64,000 nucleotides of DNA from Myxococcota bacterium (GCA_022447545.1 JAKVBI010000013.1:73747-137746); one strand, 5' to 3'; counted from the stretch's first letter, positions 29,504 to 39,292 are shown. A program made the numbers and translations. Notes: generated by a model not told the origin, from the letters alone.

Positions 29504-29568
29504 GGGACGCGTCTTTCGTTGAAGTCGCGTGAGTCGGGCCGCGCCGTTGGCGCGGGGGACGACAAATC

Positions 29569-30585
29569 ATGAAGATCTACACCACGGCACCTCTCGAGGA
29601 TCCCCGAGCCGCCAAGGACACCTTCGCCCAGTTGGAGGAGATCGGCTACGACGGCGCCTTCAGCTTTGAGGCCAAGCATGATCCTTTTCTGCCGCTGGTG
29701 CTGGCGGCCGAGAATACGCGCAGCCTCCGGCTCGGAACTGCCATCGCGATTTCCTTTGCACGCAGTCCCATGAACCTCGCCAATCTGGCGCACGGGCTCC
29801 AGAGCATCAGTGGTGGGCGCTTCATCCTCGGGTTGGGATCGCAGGTGCGACCGCACATCGAAAAGCGCTTCAGCATGCCCTGGTCGAAGCCCGCGGCGCG
29901 GATGCGGGAGCAGGTGTTGGCTGTGAAGGCCATCTTTGCGCGTTGGGAGGGGCTGGCCGAACTGGATTTTCGCGGCGAGTTTTACCGCCACACCTTGATG
30001 ATCCCTGCCTTCGACCCAGGGCCCAACGAGTTCGGGCCGCCCCCCGTGTATACGGGGGGCTTCGGGCCCTTGATGACCGCTGTAGCGGGTGAGGTTGCCG
30101 ATGGCTTCTTTGCCCACCCATTCAACACCCGGAAATCCATGCTGCATAACATGTTGCCGGCCCTCGATCGGGGGCTGGAGAAGTCTGGGCGCACGAGAGA
30201 TGCCCTCGACATCATCTGCGCCACTCTCGTGGTCACCGCAGACGAAGAGGAGGATTTCCAGCGCGTGGTCCTGGCTGCTCGCAAGCAACTCGCATTCTAT
30301 GGCTCGACGCCCGCGTATCGGCCCACCCTCGACTGCCACGGTTGGGGGGATCTCCACCTCGAACTCAACCGGCTCTCCAAGCTCGGTAAATGGGACGACA
30401 TGACCCACCTGATCGATGATGAGGTTCTCGAAGCGATCGCCGTGGTGGGGCCACGCAGCGAGATTGCTGGAAAACTCCGAGCACGTCTGTCTGGAATTGC
30501 TGGTGGTGTCAGCTTGACCCATAACCGGGCCCCCGACCCGTCCCAGTGGGCCGATGTGGTGTCGGAACTCAAGAGTGCCCGATAG
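29569..30585 (+). CDS. Luciferase-like monooxygenase family oxidoreductase (probably F420-dependent)
   Basis: 338 aa. MKIYTTAPLEDPRAAKD...RFILGLGSQVRPHIEKRFSMPWSKPAARMRE resembles the MSMEG_2256-type F420 LLM subgroup (from memory). Confidence 0.75.
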   Translation: MKIYTTAPLEDPRAAKDTFAQLEEIGYDGAFSFEAKHDPFLPLVLAAENTRSLRLGTAIAISFARSPMNLANLAHGLQSISGGRFILGLGSQVRPHIEKRFSMPWSKPAARMREQVLAVKAIFARWEGLAELDFRGEFYRHTLMIPAFDPGPNEFGPPPVYTGGFGPLMTAVAGEVADGFFAHPFNTRKSMLHNMLPALDRGLEKSGRTRDALDIICATLVVTADEEEDFQRVVLAARKQLAFYGSTPAYRPTLDCHGWGDLHLELNRLSKLGKWDDMTHLIDDEVLEAIAVVGPRSEIAGKLRARLSGIAGGVSLTHNRAPDPSQWADVVSELKSAR

Positions 30586-30623
30586 GCTCGTCCACCCATA
30601 CCGAATCCAATGAGGAGGAGCGT

Positions 30624-31394
30624 GTGAGTTCCACTGAACTGTTCGATGTCCAGGGCCGGGTAGCCCTCGTTACTGGGGGGTCCCGAGGGATCGGACGGAT
30701 GATCGCCCATGGCCTGGTGAAGGAAGGCGCGAAGGTCTACATCACCGCGCGTACGGGCTGCGAGGCGACCGCGGAAGAGCTCTCACGAGACGGCGAATGT
30801 CACCCGCTTCCGGCGGATCTGGCCGACGAAGCGGGAGTGGATGCCCTGGTGTCGGGCATGTCTGCTGCAGAGTCCAAGCTTCACATTCTGGTTCACTCTG
30901 CCGCCGCGCACCACGTGGCTCCCCTCGAGGAACACTCGGCCGAGGCCTGGGATCGGTCATGGTCGGTCAACGTCAAAGCGCTCTTCCTGCTCGTTCAGGG
31001 ATTGTTACCCGCTCTGGAGTCTGCAGGCCGACCCGAGGATCCGGCGCGTGTGGTGGCTTTGGGTTCCGCGGATGGCTTGCGGGTTCCTCCCATGGACGTC
31101 TACGCCTACGGGGCAAGCAAAGCCGGTCTCCATCACCTGGTTACTCACTTGGCGCGTAAGCTGGCGCGCAGGGCAATCACCGTCAACGCGATTTCTCCCG
31201 GGGCTTTTCCCACGGATATGCTGGGTGCTGCCCTCGATCAGTACGGCGAGAAAGCGGTGACACGTGCAATTCCCATGCGACGCTTCGGCGCCTCCTCGGA
31301 CATCGAGGCCGCCGTTCTCTACCTCGTTTCGCGCGGTGGAGCCTACGTGACGGGCGCGGTGCTTCCGGTCGACGGGGGCCTTGCTCTGGTCTGA
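30624..31394 (+). CDS. Short-chain dehydrogenase/reductase (SDR)
   Basis: GTG at 30624 follows GAGGAGGAG. Motif VALVTGGSRGIGRMIA. Confidence 0.85.
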   Translation: MSSTELFDVQGRVALVTGGSRGIGRMIAHGLVKEGAKVYITARTGCEATAEELSRDGECHPLPADLADEAGVDALVSGMSAAESKLHILVHSAAAHHVAPLEEHSAEAWDRSWSVNVKALFLLVQGLLPALESAGRPEDPARVVALGSADGLRVPPMDVYAYGASKAGLHHLVTHLARKLARRAITVNAISPGAFPTDMLGAALDQYGEKAVTRAIPMRRFGASSDIEAAVLYLVSRGGAYVTGAVLPVDGGLALV

Positions 31395-31407
31395 TTCTCG
31401 TGCCCCT

Positions 31408-32493
31408 TCAGTCGAAGACCACCACACTGCGCGCGGCTTCGCCTTTGCGCATTTCGTCGAAGCAGCTGTTGATCTCATCGAGGGGGCGCCGTGCTGAGAT
31501 CATCTCGTCGAGCAGAAGCTGTCCGTTGAGGTAGAAGTCCACGTAGCGGGGCATGTGGACACGGAAGGAGTTGGATCCCATCAGCGATCCCAGTACTCGC
31601 TTTTCCTGTATGACGATCTCGAAGCCCGGAAATTCGGCGCTCTCGCCCACTGCCATCACGCCCACCATGACGACGTTGCCGCCCTTGCGGGTCATTCCGA
31701 AGGCTTGACTGACGGTGTTCTTGAGGCCGATGGCCTCGAACGCGTAGTGGACCCCCCCACCTGTCAGTTCCAGTACCTCGGCGACGGGGTCGTCTGACCC
31801 AGGACCGACACCGTCCGTGGCTCCCACCCGCTTGGCGAGGTCGAGCTTCCACTCTTGAGTATCCACAGCAATGATGCGATTTGCTCCGGCGATCCGGCAG
31901 CCCTGGATGATGCTGAGTCCCACACCGCCGCAACCGATTACGGCGCAGGTCGATCCCGGTTCGACCTGTGCGGTGTTGAGTGCGGCGCCGACCCCCGTGG
32001 TCACCCCGCACCCGATCAATGCGGCGCGATCCAGAGGCATGTCTTCACGAATTTTCACCAGCGCATTTTCGGGTACGAGCATTTGCTCGGCGTAGGATCC
32101 GAGTTGAGCCATCTGGTACAGCGGGTTTCCATCCACATGGAGGCGCGGTGTCTCGCCCGGTTTGCGATCGAGTTCCAACCCGCCGCAGATGTTCGGACGG
32201 CCCGTGGTGCAGTACTCGCACGTGCCACAGAAAATCGAAAGGCACGCGATCACGGGATCGCCGGGCTTGACGTAGGTCACACCTTCACCGACCTGCTCAA
32301 CGATCCCGGCGGGCTCGTGGCCCAGAACGACAGGCGGCGGTATCGGCAGGCTTCCATCGAGTACGTGGAGGTCGCTGTGGCAGACGCCGGAAGCGGCCGT
32401 CTTGACCAGCACTTCGCCCGGTTGCGGTTTATCGATGGAGATCTCCTCGATTGTGAGCGGTTCGTTGGGGGCTCGCATGACGGCTGCTTTCAC
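31408..32493 (-). CDS. Zn-dependent alcohol dehydrogenase (MDR family)
   Basis: GTG at 32493 follows AGGAGGA. GVCHSDLH zinc site and VIGCGGVGLS NAD fold. Confidence 0.9.
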   Translation of the reverse strand: MKAAVMRAPNEPLTIEEISIDKPQPGEVLVKTAASGVCHSDLHVLDGSLPIPPPVVLGHEPAGIVEQVGEGVTYVKPGDPVIACLSIFCGTCEYCTTGRPNICGGLELDRKPGETPRLHVDGNPLYQMAQLGSYAEQMLVPENALVKIREDMPLDRAALIGCGVTTGVGAALNTAQVEPGSTCAVIGCGGVGLSIIQGCRIAGANRIIAVDTQEWKLDLAKRVGATDGVGPGSDDPVAEVLELTGGGVHYAFEAIGLKNTVSQAFGMTRKGGNVVMVGVMAVGESAEFPGFEIVIQEKRVLGSLMGSNSFRVHMPRYVDFYLNGQLLLDEMISARRPLDEINSCFDEMRKGEAARSVVVFD

Positions 32494-32717
32494 GGGTCTC
32501 GTCCTCCTGGCGTGCGCGATGGCGCTGTGACAATTCGTCACCGCGGATATCGATTTACCATACACGAACCTTCATGCCGGTTGCGGCGAGTTTCGAACCT
32601 TCGGAGCCGCCGTATAGAGGGGGTACGGAAGCACTGGCTTCTCTGGTCAATTGGGTTCAGTCTGGATCGGAAGCTAGGCGCCGGGCAAGCGTGCTCGAGG
32701 CGAGAAGGGGAGATGAC

Positions 32718-33500
32718 ATGAGATTTGCGGACAAAGTGGCGATCATTACAGGGGCCGGGACTGGAATCGGGAGGGACATGGCCATCGATTTCACGCGCGA
32801 GGGCGCAAAGGTGTGCGTTGCAGCGAGGCGCGAATCTTTGCTGGAGGAAACAGCGGATCTCGCGGAAGGGACGGGTGGCGAGCGCCCGCTGGTGATGAAA
32901 ACCGATCTCACTCGAGAATCCGACGTTGATGCCATGGTGGATCGCACTGTCGAGCGCTTTGGACGCGTTGATTTCATGATCAACAATGCAGCTTCCGCGG
33001 GCAAAGATCTCTTCGTTCACGAGCAGACGCTCGAGAACTGGAATCAGACAGTTGCCACAAATCTGACATCACAGTTTCTTGTTTCACGGGCCTCGCTCAG
33101 GCACATGATCCCGCAACGATCCGGAGTCATCTTGACCTTCTCGTCCACGGCGGCGCTCGGCCCGTTTCCTCGCAAGAGCCACTACACGGCTTCGAAGCTC
33201 GGGATCTTCGGCTTCACCAGGACTCTGGCCATGGAGGTGGGCGAATACGGGATTCGAGCGAATACGGTGGTCCCTGGAGCCATCAAGACCGAACTCCTTC
33301 TGAATTACTGGGAGCGGATTGCAGGGGAACGAGGGGTCGATGTCGAGGTGATCGCAAAAGAGGCTGGGGCGAAGGCGGCGCTGGGTCGAGCCATTGAACC
33401 GAATGAGATCACGAAAACGGTGATGTTTCTCTGTTCCGATGAAGCCAGCGCGATCACGGGTCAGGAGATTCGAGTCTGTGCCGGTGCAGCCATGGGCTGA
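32718..33500 (+). CDS. Short-chain dehydrogenase/reductase (SDR)
   Basis: ATG at 32718 follows AAGGGGAG. Motif VAIITGAGTGIGRDMA. Confidence 0.85.
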   Translation: MRFADKVAIITGAGTGIGRDMAIDFTREGAKVCVAARRESLLEETADLAEGTGGERPLVMKTDLTRESDVDAMVDRTVERFGRVDFMINNAASAGKDLFVHEQTLENWNQTVATNLTSQFLVSRASLRHMIPQRSGVILTFSSTAALGPFPRKSHYTASKLGIFGFTRTLAMEVGEYGIRANTVVPGAIKTELLLNYWERIAGERGVDVEVIAKEAGAKAALGRAIEPNEITKTVMFLCSDEASAITGQEIRVCAGAAMG

Positions 33501-33584
33501 GGGAGCTGTTTGGCGCTCGGAGCTCACGTGGGCCAGAATCGGCATCCACCACCGGCGAAGGAGGGTGGAGTCTTGCATATCACC

Positions 33585-34592
33585 ATGGTGAAAAAACGAC
33601 TGGCCGACGGGCAGCCGTGTGAGAAGTGTGCCCAGGCCGAGGAGATGTTGGTTCGCCGTGGCTTGTGGGAGCGGATTGACGAGGTGCTGTGGGCGATCGA
33701 GGGCGATCCGACTTCTCCAGGTGCGATCCTCGCCGAGGCCCATGGCCTGGCGGTCGCCCCTTTCTTCGTGGTGAGGGATACGGAGGGGGAAGAGCGTGTG
33801 TTGACCAGCGCCCTGCGGCTCGTGCGTGACTGCCTCTCGGATTCGCCCGAAACGGGTCCACGTACAGATTCTTCCCAGTCCCTCGATGTGTCCGAATTGG
33901 CTCGACGCTTCTCCGATGCTGCCCCCGAGGACATCGTCCGCTGGGGGATTGAACAATACGGGCAGGAGTGTGCGATCGCACTACGGGGCGGGGAAGAGGT
34001 CGTGCTCATCGATATGGCAACGCGCATGGGGTTACCGTTCAGTGTGTTCAGCGTGGACACCGGGCGTCTCGACGAGGAGACCTATACGCTATTCGACACG
34101 GTTCAGCGCCGTTACGGTGTAACGGTCCACATCCTCTTTCCGGATGCTCATCAGGTGGAGGAGCTCGTCCAGCAGAAGGGACCGAACTGTTTTCTGACTG
34201 ACGGGCACGAAGAGTGTTGCCGGGTTCGACGTCTGGGACCTCTGAAACATGGGCTCAAGCGCTACCAGGCCTGGATGACCGGACGCTGGGCAAATGCTCA
34301 GCCAGCGGGGCAGGCTCCAGTTGCTGTCGAGATCGACCCAGTTTACCAGGGGGCTCGAGGTCAGCTGCTCCGACTCAACCCACTGGTGAATTTTGGCCAC
34401 GAGCGGGTCTGGCACTACATCCGGCAGAACGATGTTCCCTACAACGAACTCTTTGACCGGGGCTATACGCGGATCGGGTGTCAGCCTTGCACACGTGCCA
34501 CGGGGGGCGTGCACGGAGAACGTGAGGTTCGCTGGTGGTGGGAACGACCGAAACCCACCGGATCTCTTCACGAGACAGGCGATGGAATCTGA
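33585..34592 (+). CDS. APS/PAPS-reductase-like protein with N-terminal CxxC extension; canonical C-terminal catalytic Cys absent
   Basis: Core: VVLIDMA..., EECCRVRR, RIGCQPCT, RWWWE. The tail KPTGSLHETGDGI* sits where ECGLH is expected. N-terminus: MVKKRLADGQPCEKC...APFFVV. An alternative TTG start at 33573 is closer to GAAGGAGGG. Confidence 0.8.
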   Translation: MVKKRLADGQPCEKCAQAEEMLVRRGLWERIDEVLWAIEGDPTSPGAILAEAHGLAVAPFFVVRDTEGEERVLTSALRLVRDCLSDSPETGPRTDSSQSLDVSELARRFSDAAPEDIVRWGIEQYGQECAIALRGGEEVVLIDMATRMGLPFSVFSVDTGRLDEETYTLFDTVQRRYGVTVHILFPDAHQVEELVQQKGPNCFLTDGHEECCRVRRLGPLKHGLKRYQAWMTGRWANAQPAGQAPVAVEIDPVYQGARGQLLRLNPLVNFGHERVWHYIRQNDVPYNELFDRGYTRIGCQPCTRATGGVHGEREVRWWWERPKPTGSLHETGDGI

Positions 34593-34689
34593 ACCTGAGG
34601 GTTTCCTGAAGCGGTTGCGCTGAGCCGTTGGCTTGTGGGTCACCGGAGGCGCAAATCAATCGCCCGCACATTGTGTTCGAGGCTTCTCC

Positions 34690-36210
34690 ATGGATGAAAC
34701 CAGAAAAGCCGGTCTCCGCGAGCATCTGGCGGTTGCGTTCTTGTTTCTCGCCAGCCTGGGTTTCGTGGTGGCTCTCAACCTGACGCCGGTCCACAACGGA
34801 GACTTCTGGATCCAACTCACCGTGGGGGACATCGTTCGCGAAACCGGTGAGATTCCCGAAACCTTCGAATTCACCTACACCGAGGCGAAGGACGAGCGCT
34901 ACGTGGAAGCGCGATGGCTTGCGGGCTTGACGTGGAGCCACCTGTACCAGATTCAGGGTTACGCCGGGATGATCGTCGTGAAATGCCTGTTCGTCCTGTG
35001 CATGTTCGGTCTGATCGCCCTGCTCTCCCATCAGGTCGGACGCGACCCGGTTCTCGCCATCGGCTTGGCCAGTTTCACGATCCTCGGAATCAACTTTCGT
35101 AGCCTGATGCGCCCAGGGTTGGTGGCCTTCGTGCTCGCCCTGCTGGTTCTCAACTTTCTCTATGCCTTCATACGCACCCGAAGGCCCCGTTGGCTCATCC
35201 CTCTGATTCCTCTGGCAGTCGTCTGGACCAACTTTCATCCATCCTTCGTCGCGGGTTTTGCACTCCCAGCATGCTTTGCCGCCGGAGAGGTAGTCGACGG
35301 TTTATGGAGATGGAAGGCGAGCGGATTGAAACCCGACTGGACGAGTATCCGAAGAAGTGTGGTTTGGTTGTCGGTTACCAGCTTCGGGATGCTGCTTGCG
35401 GCCCTCGTCAACCCCTACGGGGTCGAGTTTTTCGAACACATGCTGAACGTAGAGGCGAGTGATTTCATCCGCGAGAATGTTTGGGAGTGGCAGTCGCTAT
35501 TTCATCCCAGGTTTCGCGGAGAGCCGTTCATGTTCTTGTTTATCACCACGACGCTGTTCGTAGTGGTTTCAGGAATCATGGGACGTCGGAAGCTCAGAGC
35601 TGCGCCGATTCTTCTGGTGATTGCCTTCTTCCCACTTGCACTCAGCGCGATCCGGCACGTCCCCTGGTTCGAGATCATGGCCAGTTTCTTTCTAGCTCAT
35701 ACCCTTGGGCACTCTGAATTTCTTCGTCGCCAACGAGTTCCGATCGCTCTGGTTCTCGCTGTCGTACTGATCGCTGGAATCGGGTATGTGGTCGAAAACG
35801 GAAATACCCGCGGGCGGAAACCCGGGTTCTCGAACGACGCTCCATTGAATCCGGCGGCCATCGAAGCGATTCGGGAAGCTGAAATTTCGGGGAATGTATT
35901 TCACAGCTACTCCTACGGGGATCAACTCGCCTACCACTTCTATCCCGACATTCGAATCGCAATGGACACTCGGATCTACCCAGAGAAGTACTACCGAGAA
36001 TTTCGAAGCATGACGGGTGGGAATCCGAGACTCATGGTCGAACCCGAAAAACTCCGAGATTACCTCGCACGCTACGACGTCGAGGCGATTGTCACGGAGC
36101 CTTTCAACATGAGAGTCTGGGAAGCGATGGGTCATCTTCCCATTCTCGTTGAGCTCGGCTTTACCGGTCTTTATCAAGATCGCGATACGGTCATCATGCG
36201 GCGGAAGTAG
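34690..36210 (+). CDS. Uncharacterised polytopic membrane protein with C-terminal soluble domain (possible GT-C-like)
   Basis: ATG at 34690. About 11-13 hydrophobic segments, an acidic first loop (NGDFWIQLTVGDIVRETGEIPETFEF) and a non-hydrophobic tail of roughly 130 aa. The family is not recognised with confidence. Confidence 0.6.
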   Translation: MDETRKAGLREHLAVAFLFLASLGFVVALNLTPVHNGDFWIQLTVGDIVRETGEIPETFEFTYTEAKDERYVEARWLAGLTWSHLYQIQGYAGMIVVKCLFVLCMFGLIALLSHQVGRDPVLAIGLASFTILGINFRSLMRPGLVAFVLALLVLNFLYAFIRTRRPRWLIPLIPLAVVWTNFHPSFVAGFALPACFAAGEVVDGLWRWKASGLKPDWTSIRRSVVWLSVTSFGMLLAALVNPYGVEFFEHMLNVEASDFIRENVWEWQSLFHPRFRGEPFMFLFITTTLFVVVSGIMGRRKLRAAPILLVIAFFPLALSAIRHVPWFEIMASFFLAHTLGHSEFLRRQRVPIALVLAVVLIAGIGYVVENGNTRGRKPGFSNDAPLNPAAIEAIREAEISGNVFHSYSYGDQLAYHFYPDIRIAMDTRIYPEKYYREFRSMTGGNPRLMVEPEKLRDYLARYDVEAIVTEPFNMRVWEAMGHLPILVELGFTGLYQDRDTVIMRRK

Positions 36211-36292
36211 TCGGCCCTCAGGGCCTTTCATCGCACATGGCTGGAACGCTCTGATAGGCTTCTTGCTCAGGCCGCGCGATCAGGGAGGGTCC

Positions 36293-38095
36293 ATGTCGGA
36301 CGATGCCGAGTCCTCGAAATCCAAGGAGCGGACAGAGAAGTCTGCTCTCGCGTCTGACGCGAACCGTTTCGATTTCAGCGGTGAACGGAGCTCGCGTCAT
36401 TCGCAGGAATACTACGACGGCATCAAGGGTCGTTTCGCCAGCGAGCGAAACCTTCGGCTCGCCTACCGGCCAGAGGGCACTGCACAATTCACGTCGGACC
36501 TGACCGGAGAGCTTGGGAAATATGAAACCGATCCGCATTCGAAGGTTCCGGAGGCTCGGGAGCCCATCGAGGATACGGTGGAGGTCTTGTTCATCGGTGG
36601 TGGGTTCTCGGCTCTATTGACCTCCGCTCGCCTTCGGGAGAAGGGGGTGGAGAGCATTCGCATTGTCGAGCGCGGCGCCGACGTGGGTGGAACCTGGTAT
36701 TGGAATCGATATCCCGGCGTGGCGTGTGACGTGGTCTCCTATGATTACCTGCCTCTGCTCGATGAGATGGGGTACGTGCCGAAAGATCAGTTCGCCAAGG
36801 GGCCTGAAATCTATGCCCACTGTAAGAACATCGCCCAGCGCTATGGGTTGTACGACCTTGCTGTATTTCAGACGACGGTGACGTCCACCCTCTGGAATGC
36901 GAGCGACCGGATGTGGGAGCTGGAGACCGATCGGGGCGATCACATGCGAGCTCGCTTTGTCGTCTGTGCCAATGGCACTTTGTCCAAACCGAAGCTTCCG
37001 AAGATCTCCGGCATGAAGTCCTATCGCGGCCATTCATTTCATACGTCGAGGTGGGATTACGACTACACGGGATCCGATCTTTCGAATTTGGCCGACAAGT
37101 CCGTTGGGATCATTGGGACGGGTGCGTCGGCGGTTCAAGTGATTCCGAAGTTGGGGGAAGCCGCCCGGGAACTCTACGTTTTCCAGCGTACGCCGTCGTC
37201 GGTCGACCTGAAGGATGACCGTCCGACGGATCCCGACTGGGCAGCGAGCCTCGAGCCCGGTTGGCAGGCGAAGCGAAAAGAAATCGCCCTGCGGAAGAGT
37301 GAGCCTTCGCCCGAGACGCTGGCAAAACGTGGCCAGATCCCGCGTGAAGAGCGGATTCGCCGACAGGAAAACGCCAACATCGATTACATGATGCGGATTC
37401 ACCGCCACATCGAGGAGGTGGTGGAAGATCCGTTGACCGCGGAGGCGCTCAAACCCTGGTACATGTTCATGTGCAAGAGGCCTTGCTTTGACAACGATTA
37501 TCTTCCGGCCTTCAACCGGCCGAGCGTTCACCTGGTCGACACGAAGGGCAAGGGAATCACTCAGATCACCGAAGAGGGTCCCGTGTTCGATGACCGGGTC
37601 TACTCCGTCGATCTCTTAATCTACGCCACGGGCTTCGAGGTCCAGAAAACCGGGATCTACAATCGAATCGCGGATGAGAACGGCCTCGACCTGAACGAAA
37701 AATACAGTACGGGGATGCGGACCCTGGTGGGTATTCACTCGCACGGGTACCCGAACCTGTTCATCATGGGCGGCTACCAGATCTCGACTCTGTTCAATTT
37801 GACGGATGTATTTCAGGTCCAGGCGGATCACATCGCCAGTTGTATCGACTACACCCGGAGACACCGCCATCTGACTCTCGACGCAACCGCCGAGGCTGAG
37901 GAGTGGTGGGTGCGGGAAGTCATCTCCAATCGAGGGAAGACCTCGCGCAATGCCGATTGCACGCCGGGTTACTACAACTTCGAAGGGGAGGCCCAGCGTC
38001 GGCAGGACGGGAACTACAACGGTTCGTTTGCGCAGTACACCCAGCACGTGAGCGATGTGTTCGCCAACATCGAGGCCAATTTTTCTTTCACCTAG
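36293..38095 (+). CDS. Baeyer-Villiger (type I flavin) monooxygenase
   Basis: ATG at 36293 follows GGGAGGG. FIGGGFSAL and GTGASAV folds, GGTWYWNRYPG, and BVMO fingerprint YRGHSFHTSRW. Confidence 0.85.
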   Translation: MSDDAESSKSKERTEKSALASDANRFDFSGERSSRHSQEYYDGIKGRFASERNLRLAYRPEGTAQFTSDLTGELGKYETDPHSKVPEAREPIEDTVEVLFIGGGFSALLTSARLREKGVESIRIVERGADVGGTWYWNRYPGVACDVVSYDYLPLLDEMGYVPKDQFAKGPEIYAHCKNIAQRYGLYDLAVFQTTVTSTLWNASDRMWELETDRGDHMRARFVVCANGTLSKPKLPKISGMKSYRGHSFHTSRWDYDYTGSDLSNLADKSVGIIGTGASAVQVIPKLGEAARELYVFQRTPSSVDLKDDRPTDPDWAASLEPGWQAKRKEIALRKSEPSPETLAKRGQIPREERIRRQENANIDYMMRIHRHIEEVVEDPLTAEALKPWYMFMCKRPCFDNDYLPAFNRPSVHLVDTKGKGITQITEEGPVFDDRVYSVDLLIYATGFEVQKTGIYNRIADENGLDLNEKYSTGMRTLVGIHSHGYPNLFIMGGYQISTLFNLTDVFQVQADHIASCIDYTRRHRHLTLDATAEAEEWWVREVISNRGKTSRNADCTPGYYNFEGEAQRRQDGNYNGSFAQYTQHVSDVFANIEANFSFT

Positions 38096-38164
38096 GCCGG
38101 CGAAGAAAAGACCTTTTTGGCTCCGAGGCTCACAGTGAACAGCTTTGCGAAGTCCTCGATCCCT

Positions 38165-39292
38165 CTATATCGAACGCTTGGCGTTCATGGCTCGGCTTCG
38201 GGTGAGGGGGCGCTGGGAGCTGATGGCCAGGCCCATGAGCCCGAAGGCCATCAGCAGTGCCGTGCTGGGTTCGGGGACCACCGCGCAGCGGGAGAGTTGG
38301 ACGTCGTTGAAGTTGAGATGATCACCCACCCACTGCCCGCAGCCCTGGACGTTGTTCATTGTGATCTCCCCCCCGGAATCCGAGAGATCCCAGAAGGACA
38401 CGCCGTTGACGATGACTTTACTGAAGTCGAAGTTCGAGCCGTTTTCACCGCGCGTCTCGGCGAAGAGGATTGCGTTGTCGCTGATCCCGCCGTTGCCTTT
38501 GGTGATGGAGGCATTGCTGAAGAGGAAGTTTTTGCCCTTGTCGCCCGACTTCTTGAAGATGACGCTGGAGTTGGCGGGGCCGTCGATGACGAGGCCTGCG
38601 TTGTTGATTTTCATGTCGTTGCCCCTGGGATCGATGACGATCACGTTCAGGCCCGGAGCCAGAGTGATGACGGTGTCTGAATCGACCTCGCCGGAGGAGG
38701 GAAGCCTCCAGTTGCCGCTGCCGGTCTTCGAGCCGTCTCCGGAGAGGGTCCAGCCGGTCGTGCTGACCAGGCCTGCGATCTCGATTTCGGCGGCGTCGAG
38801 TTCCAGTTCGATGTTCGACATCGCGGTGGCGTCGTTGGCGAAGGTTCCAGAGTGCAGGGTCGAGCCCGAGAAGCTCTCTCGGCAATTGCCCGTCACGTTC
38901 TTGACGCAGCGGATCCCGATGTCAGCGTAGATGTCTAGGTTGGCCAGGTCGTAGTTGCCTTTTGAGTTGGTGACCGCAATGTTGCCATCGCTGGTTCGCC
39001 CAGAAACCGGCGCCACGGCACCTGAGGGAAGTGGCCAGGGCGGATTGTCGTTCACGTCGGGCACTGAGCCCGAAGGAACCGTACCGAGTTCGCCGAGCCG
39101 TCCGTCGCTCACCTTGACGCCCACGGCGGTGTCTTTGTTTCCACGGCCCACGAGTAGATATTCGCCGACGGTCAAGGTGGAGAAGGCACCTGCACCTGTC
39201 GCAAATCCGGTGACGAGAAAGAAGACAATCAGTACGTCGCGCAGCGTTTGAAAAGCCGAATGGGACATCATCGAGTGGGTGGGGCGTGACAC
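38165..39292 (-). CDS. PEP-CTERM-anchored secreted protein
   Basis: C-terminus VVPEPSTALLMAFGLMGLAISSQRPLTRSR (PEP motif + TM + basic tail). N-terminal hydrophobic signal. GTG at 39292 after GAGGTG; alternative ATGs at 39271 and 39268. Confidence 0.75.
   Translation of the reverse strand: MSRPTHSMMSHSAFQTLRDVLIVFFLVTGFATGAGAFSTLTVGEYLLVGRGNKDTAVGVKVSDGRLGELGTVPSGSVPDVNDNPPWPLPSGAVAPVSGRTSDGNIAVTNSKGNYDLANLDIYADIGIRCVKNVTGNCRESFSGSTLHSGTFANDATAMSNIELELDAAEIEIAGLVSTTGWTLSGDGSKTGSGNWRLPSSGEVDSDTVITLAPGLNVIVIDPRGNDMKINNAGLVIDGPANSSVIFKKSGDKGKNFLFSNASITKGNGGISDNAILFAETRGENGSNFDFSKVIVNGVSFWDLSDSGGEITMNNVQGCGQWVGDHLNFNDVQLSRCAVVPEPSTALLMAFGLMGLAISSQRPLTRSRAMNAKRSI

Noticed and set aside
34690-36210. 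Membrane protein as the missing exosortase for the PEP-CTERM proteins.
   Set aside because: It is larger than typical exosortases and has no recognisable exosortase Cys motif (no CSG-type segment). Its long acidic first loop and soluble C-terminal domain do not match the exosortase pattern I recall.
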